NCBI GenBank assembly: GCA_019058365.1 | Contig: JAHPZE010000016.1 | Location: 1-64,000 of the forward strand | DNA: 64,000 bases | Direction of reading: 5' to 3' | From: Promethearchaeota archaeon | Lineage (GTDB): Archaea > Asgardarchaeota > Lokiarchaeia > Sigyniarchaeales > SOKP01 | Shown here: piece by piece, positions 30,100 through 39,240 of the stretch | Layout of the letters: each line of letters begins with the position of its first letter | How positions within the stretch are numbered: position 1 is the stretch's first letter | The notes under the pieces: model-generated | Database searches by the model: none | Seen by the model: the letters and a program-made list of their open reading frames with translations, nothing else | Told to the model about the DNA's origin: nothing | Made by a program: the position numbers and the translations under genes

Positions 30100-30891
30100 T
30101 TATTGGCTTATTTCCATTTTATTAAATGACTGAGCTCCGATTAATATCAAAGCAGTTCCAAAACCAACTGTAACTAATAGATCAAGCCAAAATGGAAAGT
30201 AAGATACACCTAATAATACAAACCGGAACAAATCTACACTATATGAGAATGGGTTAAACATCAAAACCTGTGTAGGAAGTGGTATCAAAGCTCCTGAAAG
30301 CCACATCATTGGCATAACTATGAATGTCTGAATTAATCCAAAAGATTGCATATCGCGTAGACGCGTACTAATTGTTAAACCTATCCCTACTATTCCAAGA
30401 CTTGCTAAAAATGCTACTGGAATTATTAACATTACACGCCAAATTAAATTAAGGTCATAACCAAAATAGCCTATTGCAATACTTAATCCTATGATTATAA
30501 GGACTTGTAACATTGTTTGTAATGCAACACCTACTGTCCTTCCAAGCATAAGCGTTCTACGACTCACAGGAGCCACTAATAACTCTTTCATAAACCCAAA
30601 CATTTTATCTCTGAAAATTGACATTCCACCGAATATACCCGTAAATAAAATAACCATAGCCGCGATTCCTGAACCAACTAGTGCTCTAGGGTCAACGCTT
30701 ACGCCCTGAACAATGGGATTGGACGATAACAATGAAAACCCCATACCAAATACGAAAAGAAATAATAAACCTTGAGCTAATGATGAAATTACTCTTGATT
30801 TATTTCTCCAGAAACCCATTAACTCTCTTTTTGCTAATATCCATACTACGTTATAATTTATTTTTGTGTTTACAATACCTAAATCAGACAT
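30100..30891 (-). CDS. ABC-2 type permease (DrrB-like)
   Basis: D...GFMKELLVAPVSR, NPFSY.VD; about six TM helices. Confidence 0.9.
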   Translation of the reverse strand: MSDLGIVNTKINYNVVWILAKRELMGFWRNKSRVISSLAQGLLFLFVFGMGFSLLSSNPIVQGVSVDPRALVGSGIAAMVILFTGIFGGMSIFRDKMFGFMKELLVAPVSRRTLMLGRTVGVALQTMLQVLIIIGLSIAIGYFGYDLNLIWRVMLIIPVAFLASLGIVGIGLTISTRLRDMQSFGLIQTFIVMPMMWLSGALIPLPTQVLMFNPFSYSVDLFRFVLLGVSYFPFWLDLLVTVGFGTALILIGAQSFNKMEISQ

Positions 30892-30897
30892 TTATTA

Positions 30898-32223
30898 TCA
30901 CTTCCTTAATTGCCTCAATTGAATCATTTTTTTTACTTCTTTTGAAAAATTTGAAGATTCTTCTCGTATTGCAGTCCCTACATAATGGAGGAACACATCT
31001 TCCAAGGTTGGTTGATGCATATGCACTGTTTTTATATTTAATTTGTTATCATTGATATTTTGAATAATTAATGGTAATTGTTTTCCACCATTCTCGCAAG
31101 AAATCGATATGGAATGATCTAATTCCTCTTCCTCTTCTCCATATTCTCCCTTCTTTATTTTTATAAGATCTTGTTTTATATTTTCTGGAACTTGTTCCAA
31201 TAGATTCTCATCAAACATATTTGCGATTTTTTTCTTTATTGCCAATGGAGCATTTTGAAACATTCCAGTTGTCATTGGCATTCTTTTCCAAGCCTCTATC
31301 AATTTCTTAGGATCTGACATAGTTTCTCGTATCCTTGCTTGTATCCTTGCAGGATCGACATTGGGCATACCTTTAGGTAATTGTATATTAGGTATGATAT
31401 CTTGTTGGTCTTCAGATGAGCCTATACTAACATTTTTTACTCCCGGAATCTCCTTAATTTGCCTTATCACCATAGGAATCTTAAAGGGTTCATCAAGTTT
31501 TTCAAATTTAATATCTATGACATCTCCAGATAATCGGTTTTTAAGGTTTTCAGAGGTGTCCATCGCAATAATCTTTCCATGGTCCATGATACATATTCTA
31601 TCCGCTAATTCATCCGCTTCTTCCATGTAATGAGTAGTGATTAAGATTGTCATTTTTGAGTCGCTCTGATTTAATTCTTTGATTTTTTCCCATATTTTTC
31701 TGCGAGTTTGAGGATCTAATCCTAAAGTGGGTTCATCCAAAAAAAGAACTCTTGGTTCATGAATCAATCCACGTGCGATTTCTAAGCGTCTTTTCATCCC
31801 CCCAGAATAATTTTTCACAAAGATGTCTGCTTTATCCTCAAGATCTACTAATTTTAATACATCACGTATTTTATCTTGTCTCGCCTTTTTAGACATGCCA
31901 TAGAGAACGCCATGCAATTCTAAATTCTCCCAACCTGTCATGTCCCCATCTGAGGATGGTTCTTGAAAAACTATACCAATACTTTTTCTAACTTTATCAG
32001 GATCTTTACTTACGTCATAATCATTTACAAATACTTTACCATTTGTATAAGACAATAATGTTGCAAGTATGCTTATAGTTGTAGTTTTCCCAGCTCCATT
32101 AGGACCTAATAACGCAAAAATCTCACCCTTCTTTATGTCGAAACTAATGTCGTCTACAGCTAGAACATTTCCTTGGTCATAGATTTTAGTAAGATCTTTT
32201 ACTTCAATTATACTTTGATTCAT
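30898..32223 (-). CDS. ABC ATP-binding protein (DrrA-like) with an insertion in the C-terminal domain
   Basis: GPNGAGKT, YSGGMKRR, LDEPT, THYMEEA, PTLEDVF. Confidence 0.9.
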   Translation of the reverse strand: MNQSIIEVKDLTKIYDQGNVLAVDDISFDIKKGEIFALLGPNGAGKTTTISILATLLSYTNGKVFVNDYDVSKDPDKVRKSIGIVFQEPSSDGDMTGWENLELHGVLYGMSKKARQDKIRDVLKLVDLEDKADIFVKNYSGGMKRRLEIARGLIHEPRVLFLDEPTLGLDPQTRRKIWEKIKELNQSDSKMTILITTHYMEEADELADRICIMDHGKIIAMDTSENLKNRLSGDVIDIKFEKLDEPFKIPMVIRQIKEIPGVKNVSIGSSEDQQDIIPNIQLPKGMPNVDPARIQARIRETMSDPKKLIEAWKRMPMTTGMFQNAPLAIKKKIANMFDENLLEQVPENIKQDLIKIKKGEYGEEEEELDHSISISCENGGKQLPLIIQNINDNKLNIKTVHMHQPTLEDVFLHYVGTAIREESSNFSKEVKKMIQLRQLRK

Positions 32224-32786
32224 TTCTTACTACCTTTCAAATTTTCATTTAATTTTTCTATTTTTTCCTCAATCCTTTGAGATTGTTCTTCTAATTTTTT
32301 AATATCTCGTGATATTCTCAATTTTTGGATTTCTAGAAAGTCTAATTGTTCTTGATCCGATTTCTCATCTAATCTAGTTAACATAAGTCTTATTGGACCA
32401 ATTTTTTGAAAAGTTTTAGGTAAAACTCCTTTTTCATCTCCTAACATTACTGTTTTTAATGTCTCGAATGATTCCTCAATAATATTTTGTTTCTCTAACA
32501 TCAATTTTAATGTTTCCTTACCTTTTGATGTTATTTCATAGATCTTTCTATTTCTCCCATCAACTTGTTGCTCATTGTATGTAATTAATTTTTTCTCTGC
32601 CATATCTTTTAATACTGTATACATAGTCGATGATGGTGGATTCCAAATCCCTAAACTACGTTTTTCTATCTCTTTACTAATTTTATAACCGTAAGAAGGT
32701 TTTTTTTCAAGAACAATTAATATAAGGGAACTAATAAATCCAGTTTTCATAGAGTTTTCAAATTTCTCAGCTATTTTTTCTGCCAT
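32220..32786 (-). CDS. PadR family transcriptional regulator
   Basis: SYGYKI, S.MY.VL, RKIYEITSKG; first gene of the ABC cluster. Confidence 0.9.
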   Translation of the reverse strand: MAEKIAEKFENSMKTGFISSLILIVLEKKPSYGYKISKEIEKRSLGIWNPPSSTMYTVLKDMAEKKLITYNEQQVDGRNRKIYEITSKGKETLKLMLEKQNIIEESFETLKTVMLGDEKGVLPKTFQKIGPIRLMLTRLDEKSDQEQLDFLEIQKLRISRDIKKLEEQSQRIEEKIEKLNENLKGSKK

Positions 32787-32817
32787 CTTTTTTCCCTTAC
32801 TTTTTAAAATATCTCAT

Positions 32818-32837
32818 GTTCTGATATATATCAAAAC
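32818..32837. promoter_or_regulatory. Candidate PadR operator palindrome
   Basis: gttcTGATATATATCAaaac: perfect 12-bp palindrome (32822-32833), imperfectly extendable, about 35 nt upstream of padR. Confidence 0.3.
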
Positions 32838-32936
32838 TTTAAAGGATTATTATTATAAAATATCAATTTTAAAAGAAGGTTTTATAATCTTTTTCTATTA
32901 ATTATTATTAATTTCAATTCTTTTTAATAATTTAAG

Positions 32937-34274
32937 ATGTCAGAAGTTTATATTATAGATATAAAGGAATCGATTGAGGTAGCAATTAACGAATTCTTTT
33001 CTTATTTAGAAAAAGCTGGAGCACCAATTCTTAAAAGTTCAAAAAGAGTCTATATAAAAGTTAATGGTATAGATTTCAAAAAACACACTTATACTTCTCC
33101 AGAAGTTTTGGAAGCACTTATTGTTTATTTAAAGAAGAAAGGAGCTGAAGTATATGTAATGGAAAATTCCACACAAGCTAACTTGACAAGAATTGTGTTT
33201 ACAATTACAGGTTATAAAGAAGTTTGTGAGAAAACTGGAGCAAAAATTATATTTTTAGATGAGGAAGATACATCTCCCTATGAATTTAAGTATAAACCCT
33301 CAGTAGAAGAAGATCCAAGAGGATATAATTTAAAAACTTATAGATTACCCAAAACAATTGTTAATATTATTGAGAATAGAGATTCAATTACATATATAAA
33401 TTTACCAAAATTGAAAACTCATAGTATGGCTGTTGTAACTTTGGGAATTAAAAATCAATGGGGTTTCCCCCAACATGCGGATCGTGGAAAAGATCATAAT
33501 TATAATTTACATTCAAAATTAGTAGAAGTTTATGAATTGATTAAACCAGATATTACCATTATAGATGGAATTGAAGGGACGATCCATGGACACTATCCAC
33601 CTACAGCTTGGGCAGATAAATTAGTAATTCCATTTAATATTTTAATTGGTGGGAGAGATACTTTAGCAGTTGACGTCGTAGGAGCAAGGATATTCGGTTT
33701 AACAATAAATGAGGTTCCACATTTGAGAATCGCTTATGAACGAGGATTAGGTGAAGGTGATTTAAACAAAATAAAAGTAATAGGTAAAAATATAGAATCA
33801 TATAATAAAAAATATGAATGGGATCTCTTACAAAAATTTCCAGAAAATGTTAAAATCATAAAAGGAAAAGATTTAGTATGTAGAGAAGGCTGTCAAAACA
33901 ATCCGCTATCATTATTACAATGCTTAGCTTTTGATTATCCAGAAAAATTTAAAGGTGGTTGGTTTATTATTATGGGAAAAGGCCATGATGAGGATTTAAT
34001 TAACCAGTTAAAAGCAGAAGGCTATACCAAAGGATTAGTAGCAGGATATTGTGCTGTTGACGAAGTTGGCCAAAAATTAAGAAAAGAATTTGGTAGAAGG
34101 AACATCTTTTTTTCAGGTGCTTGTAATAATCTTGCAGACACAGCCACTGCTGAACTAAAGTTATCTGGTATGAGTGCTCTCGATTTAGTTCCTTTATCAC
34201 CTGAAGAAGTAATGAAGTTTATTCAAGAAGCTCAAAAACATGGTACCACAGCATTAATAACCACAGCATTTTGA
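32937..34274 (+). CDS. DUF362 domain Fe-S protein
   Basis: IKVN, T.PEV, NLPKLKTH, TLGIKN..G, IIDG, AVD motifs; C-terminal Cys residues. Confidence 0.85.
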   Translation: MSEVYIIDIKESIEVAINEFFSYLEKAGAPILKSSKRVYIKVNGIDFKKHTYTSPEVLEALIVYLKKKGAEVYVMENSTQANLTRIVFTITGYKEVCEKTGAKIIFLDEEDTSPYEFKYKPSVEEDPRGYNLKTYRLPKTIVNIIENRDSITYINLPKLKTHSMAVVTLGIKNQWGFPQHADRGKDHNYNLHSKLVEVYELIKPDITIIDGIEGTIHGHYPPTAWADKLVIPFNILIGGRDTLAVDVVGARIFGLTINEVPHLRIAYERGLGEGDLNKIKVIGKNIESYNKKYEWDLLQKFPENVKIIKGKDLVCREGCQNNPLSLLQCLAFDYPEKFKGGWFIIMGKGHDEDLINQLKAEGYTKGLVAGYCAVDEVGQKLRKEFGRRNIFFSGACNNLADTATAELKLSGMSALDLVPLSPEEVMKFIQEAQKHGTTALITTAF

Positions 34275-34341
34275 TTTTTTTTTCTTAGTTATTTTTTAAA
34301 ATAAAGAAATTTTATTAAAGATATTTAACAAATACATTATT

Positions 34342-35091
34342 GTGGATTTAAGTTCTATTTATTCTGAGATAAAGCAACTCTTATCAATTTCTGATGATAA
34401 TTTCGATTTGGAACGCAATATTAATTATTATTTTAACTCAGAGCCAGACGAGAACAAACTTGAAATTATTGGCGATATTTTAAGTTTTATAAATAAATTT
34501 TCGATATTTAAAGATAACAAACCCTTCATGAATTCATTATATACATGTATTAAAAATACTCTTGAAATTAAACCTGATTGTATTTTTGAATTTAAAGAAT
34601 TATTAGTTAAAAATTCAATTATGCATTTTGTCCAAGAATATATCGATTATTCTAAATTAAACCAAAAAGATCAAATTTTAGAATTTTTAGTCGATTCACT
34701 AGAAAAACTTCAAGAACAACCTTTAATAATGAATCTTGGCTTATTAATTAAACCAATGTATCAGGATCAAAAGTATCTCACTAGTTTAGAAGATCTAAAA
34801 GAAGTTGAAGTCGCTTATAATATGGTTAATAACGTAGAGATTCTGGTTAAAAATGAAATTGATCTCTGGTTTAAAACTCAAAATATTAGTTTAAATAATC
34901 AAGATGAATTGTATAAAAATGTAAACCAAGAATTTAAAAATATTATTACTAAACATAATTTAACAATGGATTCTGAAAAATCAAAGAAATTAGAATTGGA
35001 AATTATGGAAATGCTTACAATGAAATTAACGATGCTAAGTCTCATGGATCATATTTCTGATGATTCTTTTGAGCCCATTCCTATCAAATAA
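34342..35091 (+). CDS. Hypothetical protein
   Basis: 249-aa helical ORF, no recognised motif. Confidence 0.6.
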   Translation: MDLSSIYSEIKQLLSISDDNFDLERNINYYFNSEPDENKLEIIGDILSFINKFSIFKDNKPFMNSLYTCIKNTLEIKPDCIFEFKELLVKNSIMHFVQEYIDYSKLNQKDQILEFLVDSLEKLQEQPLIMNLGLLIKPMYQDQKYLTSLEDLKEVEVAYNMVNNVEILVKNEIDLWFKTQNISLNNQDELYKNVNQEFKNIITKHNLTMDSEKSKKLELEIMEMLTMKLTMLSLMDHISDDSFEPIPIK

Positions 35092-35228
35092 TTAGTTTAT
35101 ACTCTTCTATTTTTTATTAAAAAATATACTGGTTCCTTGAGTTTAAAACTTATTTATAGAATAAACATAAAAATTATTAAATAAGAATTTTGATATTATA
35201 TTTAAAAAATCTCAATAATTTTTGAAAA

Positions 35229-36596
35229 GTGAGTATATTGGGAGAAAATGAAAAACCTTTATCTCTTGATGAAATAAAAAAACAAAAGAAACTTTTTGAC
35301 GACCTTTATAAGAAAGAAAAAGAAGAAAGGGAAGCTTATTTAAAAAGTATTGAAGAAATAAGAAAAAAATCATTTATAGAAGGAAAAGATCACATTTCAA
35401 ATTTGATAGATGAGAAAGCATTCAGAATTAATATTCAAAAAGAAACTACTGCTCAATTAAAAGACCTCAAACCAGATATTATTGGAACGAGTGAAAAAAT
35501 AGAAAGGTCTGTTGGAGAGAAAGCCTTTCGAATAGAAAAACAACGTGAACTAGATGAGCATCGTATGGAATTACATCCAGATATCGAAGGTACGGCAGAA
35601 AAAATTGAAAAATCAATTGGAGAGAAAGCTTTCCACATATCAAAACGAAAAGAATTAGATGAACAACGAATTGGGATCCATCCAAATTTAGAAAGTACGG
35701 GTGAAAAAATAGAAAAATTCATTGGAGAGAAAGTGTTTCGAGTTGAAAAACAACGTGAATTAGATCAGCAGCGTATGGAATTACATCCAGATATCGAAAG
35801 TACTGGAGAGAAAATTGAAAAGTCAATTGGAGAGAAAGTTTTCCACGTAATAAAACGAAAAGAATTAGATGAGCAACGAATTGGGATCCATCCAGATATC
35901 GAAGGTGTTAGTGAAATAATTGAAAAATCAATTGGAGAGAAAGCGTTTCGAGTAGAAAAACAACGTGAAATTGATGAAACGCGCATTGAGATGCATCCAG
36001 ATATTGAAGGTGTTAGTGAAAAAATAGAAAAATCAGTTGGAGAAAAAGCTTTTATGATTAATCGTCAGAAAGAAAGTGTTGTTCAAAGGAAAGAGATACA
36101 TGCAGATATTGAAGGTGTCAGTGAAAAAATTGAAAAATTGATTGGAGAGAAAGCGTTTCGAGTAGAAAAACAACGTGAAATTGATGAAATGCGCATTGAG
36201 ATGCATCCAGATATCGAACAAGTTAGTGAAAAAATAGAAAAATCAGTTGGAGAAAAAGCTTTTATGATTGATCGTCAAAAAGAAAGCCTTGCTCAACGAA
36301 AAGAGATACATGCAGATATCGAAGATGTAAGTGAAAAAATTGAGAAATCTATAGGGGAAAAAGCTTTTATGATTGATAGACAAAAGCAAAGCACCACTCA
36401 ATTAAAAGAATTACATCCTGATTTGGAAGGTTCTGCTGAAAAAATTTCTACTCTTGTTGAAAAACAAGCTAATAAAATTGAAGAACAACGGGAGATTGAT
36501 GAACACCGAATTGATATTAAAACTGAAGCAAAAAGTATCGTTAAAAAATTTGAATCACAAGTAGAAAAAATCAAAAAAGATAACCAAGAAGAATAA
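35229..36596 (+). CDS. Charged helical protein made of ~10.5 tandem 35-aa repeats
   Basis: Repeat consensus EKAFRxEKQREjDExRxEjHPDIEGxxEKIEKSIG. Confidence 0.85.
   Translation: MSILGENEKPLSLDEIKKQKKLFDDLYKKEKEEREAYLKSIEEIRKKSFIEGKDHISNLIDEKAFRINIQKETTAQLKDLKPDIIGTSEKIERSVGEKAFRIEKQRELDEHRMELHPDIEGTAEKIEKSIGEKAFHISKRKELDEQRIGIHPNLESTGEKIEKFIGEKVFRVEKQRELDQQRMELHPDIESTGEKIEKSIGEKVFHVIKRKELDEQRIGIHPDIEGVSEIIEKSIGEKAFRVEKQREIDETRIEMHPDIEGVSEKIEKSVGEKAFMINRQKESVVQRKEIHADIEGVSEKIEKLIGEKAFRVEKQREIDEMRIEMHPDIEQVSEKIEKSVGEKAFMIDRQKESLAQRKEIHADIEDVSEKIEKSIGEKAFMIDRQKQSTTQLKELHPDLEGSAEKISTLVEKQANKIEEQREIDEHRIDIKTEAKSIVKKFESQVEKIKKDNQEE
35412..36461 (+). repeat. Coding tandem repeat, 105-bp unit x10 with 210-bp higher-order duplications
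   Basis: Recurring ggagagaaagc / catccagatatcgaa at 105-nt spacing; units 2+3 resemble 4+5 and units 6+7 resemble 8+9. Confidence 0.9.
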
Positions 36597-36607
36597 TCAT
36601 AAATATA

Positions 36608-37105
36608 CTAAATCTGAATATTGAATTTGAATAGGGAGTTTAAATTCATACTTTTTAATCTTTTTTTATAATCTCTAATTGAGGGAGTTATTGCACCATT
36701 AAAATTATCAATGAAATTTTTGAATCTGATATAGAAATCTTCCATTATCTCTCGCAGGATCCCTCTTTCCATTTGTAAATTTGTTTTTTTTGTAATCGCT
36801 ATAGCTAAAAGACGCCCTTCCCTTTCATATAAGATTCTTGTGCCTTTAAAGTTAATTTCTTGAAGTTCTTCATTGTTACCTCCATTCACTTCATTAATAA
36901 ATAAATTTATTGCATTTAAAAAACTGCTAATTAAATCATCCTTTAAAAAATTCAAGCTATCTGTATATCTATTACTAACAAGTAAAGCACCAGTTTCATA
37001 ATCTATGAAATATATCGCATGAAACCTACACTCTTGAGAATTAAACTTATCAAGTTCAAATCCAAAATTATTTGTAATTTCCCTGAAATTATTTTGAAAA
37101 CCCAT
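36608..37105 (-). CDS. Longin-like domain protein (Asgard-type)
   Basis: IYFID..TG.LLV, DDLISSFL.AI..F..E, L.EI......ILYE; pattern typical of archaeal longin-like domains. Confidence 0.6.
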   Translation of the reverse strand: MGFQNNFREITNNFGFELDKFNSQECRFHAIYFIDYETGALLVSNRYTDSLNFLKDDLISSFLNAINLFINEVNGGNNEELQEINFKGTRILYEREGRLLAIAITKKTNLQMERGILREIMEDFYIRFKNFIDNFNGAITPSIRDYKKRLKSMNLNSLFKFNIQI

Positions 37106-37364
37106 GATTATAGCTTGAATAAAAAAATCAATTATAGAGATCTTATGTAAAGAAAATTAAATTCAGCTATAAAATACAAATAATATCTTAGTATTACCCA
37201 AGTCTTAAATATAAAAAAATAAAAAGTGCTATTATTAATTAAATTTTTAAGGATTATGAAAGCCCATAAACATAATTATATAAACAATATAAAAAAATAA
37301 AAATAAATAGAAAAAAACTTTATATATCTTTACTCAAATATAACTTTTAATTACCTTTAGGTTT

Positions 37365-37835
37365 TTGATAATGATGGAAACAGACAATAGTACTCAAAAA
37401 AATAAAATTTCTATAGGGCTAATTATAAATGATAATGAATTAAACACTAATCCTATATTTCCTCCTGAAATTAAAGAAGAAATATTAGATTCACCCTATT
37501 ATTTATTAATTTTCATTTCTCGTGAAGATGTTGTTAAAATAAGCTGTTTTCCGACTAAAAATAAAAATATTAAGAAAATTCTCGTAAAACTCAAAGAATT
37601 TTCACCAGATCTCGTAAAAGGAATATCTAATGTATTAAATGAATTGAACCTAAGTAAAGAAATCTTACACACAACGGGATTATGTTATGAAATGGAAAAA
37701 TGTTTTTATGAGACTTATTTAATTGGAGATATGGTAGACTCTGGAAAATTAACTCTTGATATGATTAAAGAAAAATTTATGTCTGTAGCAAATGTTATTA
37801 GTGTTATAATTGAAGAAGTTCCCTCGTTAATATAA
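37365..37835 (+). CDS. Hypothetical protein with C-terminal ACT-like domain
   Basis: 156 aa; P.LVKGISNVL...ILHTTGLC beta-alpha-beta-beta-alpha-beta pattern. Confidence 0.5.
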   Translation: MIMMETDNSTQKNKISIGLIINDNELNTNPIFPPEIKEEILDSPYYLLIFISREDVVKISCFPTKNKNIKKILVKLKEFSPDLVKGISNVLNELNLSKEILHTTGLCYEMEKCFYETYLIGDMVDSGKLTLDMIKEKFMSVANVISVIIEEVPSLI

Positions 37836-37921
37836 AAATGTAAACTCTCAATTATATGCTTCATTTTTATAACCTTTTAAGTTTAAATCTAATCTAAAAT
37901 CATTAAATTATCCGTGATCTA

Positions 37922-38128
37922 ATGAGTGATAAAAAAACACCACCTCCGCCCGCACTCCCTCCATCCTTTAAAATAGGGGACAATTTTTGCCTTTTCCATA
38001 AAGGTAATATTCAAGGAGATATCTACACATGTCCCGCTTGTAAAACTAATTATTGTTTGATATGTGCTAAAAAAGCAAAACTTGAAGGAAAGTTATGTAT
38101 TAAATGTAAACAATTAATTCTACCATAG
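37922..38128 (+). CDS. Small RING-like zinc-finger protein with N-terminal polyproline
   Basis: TPPPPALPP, then CxxH-x10-CxxC-x4-CxxC-x10-CxxC. Confidence 0.65.
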   Translation: MSDKKTPPPPALPPSFKIGDNFCLFHKGNIQGDIYTCPACKTNYCLICAKKAKLEGKLCIKCKQLILP

Positions 38129-38155
38129 TTCATTATTTTAATTACTTTATCTTTT

Positions 38156-38575
38156 TCATACTCGCTTAATTGATGATAAGGATCTCCATGCCTTCCAAAA
38201 GATTAACCAAAGTATTATAAAAATAAATAAAGATGTCGCAAAAGTATACCATCCAATAAAAAGATCTCCATAGGGGGGCTTGAAAAAGGAGAAAGGAATT
38301 CCAGCAATTGCAAATCCGAATAAGTACCCATATCCCCAGACCCGATTCTTTAGAGCAATAATGACCGTAGGTATAATTGTCGTAAAAATTATTGTTAGAT
38401 AAGACCAAATCTCCATTGAAGCTAAAATAACCCCCATATTTAACCAAGATATGATAAATCCTACAATTACCCAAATTACTGAAAAGATATCAATTTTAAA
38501 TTCTGGTTCTGGTCTCCCTACTGCTTGTTCTTTATTGTTGTATGGCATGATTGAATAAAGTATGTTATATAGCAT
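38156..38575 (-). CDS. Hypothetical 4-TM membrane protein
   Basis: Four hydrophobic segments; true start possibly MPYNN. Confidence 0.6.
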   Translation of the reverse strand: MLYNILYSIMPYNNKEQAVGRPEPEFKIDIFSVIWVIVGFIISWLNMGVILASMEIWSYLTIIFTTIIPTVIIALKNRVWGYGYLFGFAIAGIPFSFFKPPYGDLFIGWYTFATSLFIFIILWLIFWKAWRSLSSIKRV

Positions 38576-38776
38576 AATTATAAGAACTCTTTTTACTTTT
38601 ATCTTCTCTTATAAACTCATAATTTATAATAATAAAAACCTACTAACACTAACAATTTGATTTATAAATTCCTAATGATATATAAACTTAAGATAAAAAT
38701 TGAATTTTATCAGAAATGAATATCTATCTAATAAAAATTTTTAAATTTTATAAAAAATAAAAAAACATTAATAATA

Positions 38777-38896
38777 TGACTCCTGCCTACACCCTGGATT
38801 TTTGTCTTTTGGTAGTGTAAATTTTTACACTCTGATTTCGCCCTCCTCCCCCTATTTTATTTTGACGCTTATTTGCGTCCCGTAGGACAGGAGTCA
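38777..38896. ncRNA. Unassigned structured RNA candidate (or small inverted-repeat element)
   Basis: GC-rich island in an AT-rich gap; closing stem tgactcctg-cctac / gtagg-a-caggagtca; internal hairpins agtgtaa/ttacact and gacgc/gcgtc. Confidence 0.5.
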
Positions 38897-39240
38897 CCCT
38901 TTCCTTTAAGATTCTGTTCCCTAATAAATCAAAAACAGATTAAAAAGGAATAATTACAAAAATGTTGGAATTAATTCAAGAAAATTTAGAATTAAAATAA
39001 AATTAATTTCCACTTTTTATAGCAATTTAAAATTTAAAGTTAATGGTTATATTTTCTATTTAAAAATATTAAAAAAAGAAACTTGATTTTCAATTTTATT
39101 AAGTTTTTTAATCTTTTTTAATAATATTGATAATACTATAGAGATTATTATAAGATTTAAATGATTTAAAAGTTTAATTAATAGAATAACTATTTATTAA
39201 AATACTATTTTAAACAAAATACAACAGAGTATAGATTCTT

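Noticed and set aside
35412-36461. CRISPR array
   Set aside because: The 105-bp units are degenerate, in-frame coding repeats without unique spacers, and no cas genes are nearby.
38777-38896. SECIS element, tRNA, RNase P or SRP RNA
   Set aside because: UGAC is Watson-Crick paired rather than forming a GA quartet; no cloverleaf or TpsiC loop; no GAGGAAAGUC P4 motif or SRP helix 8 motif.
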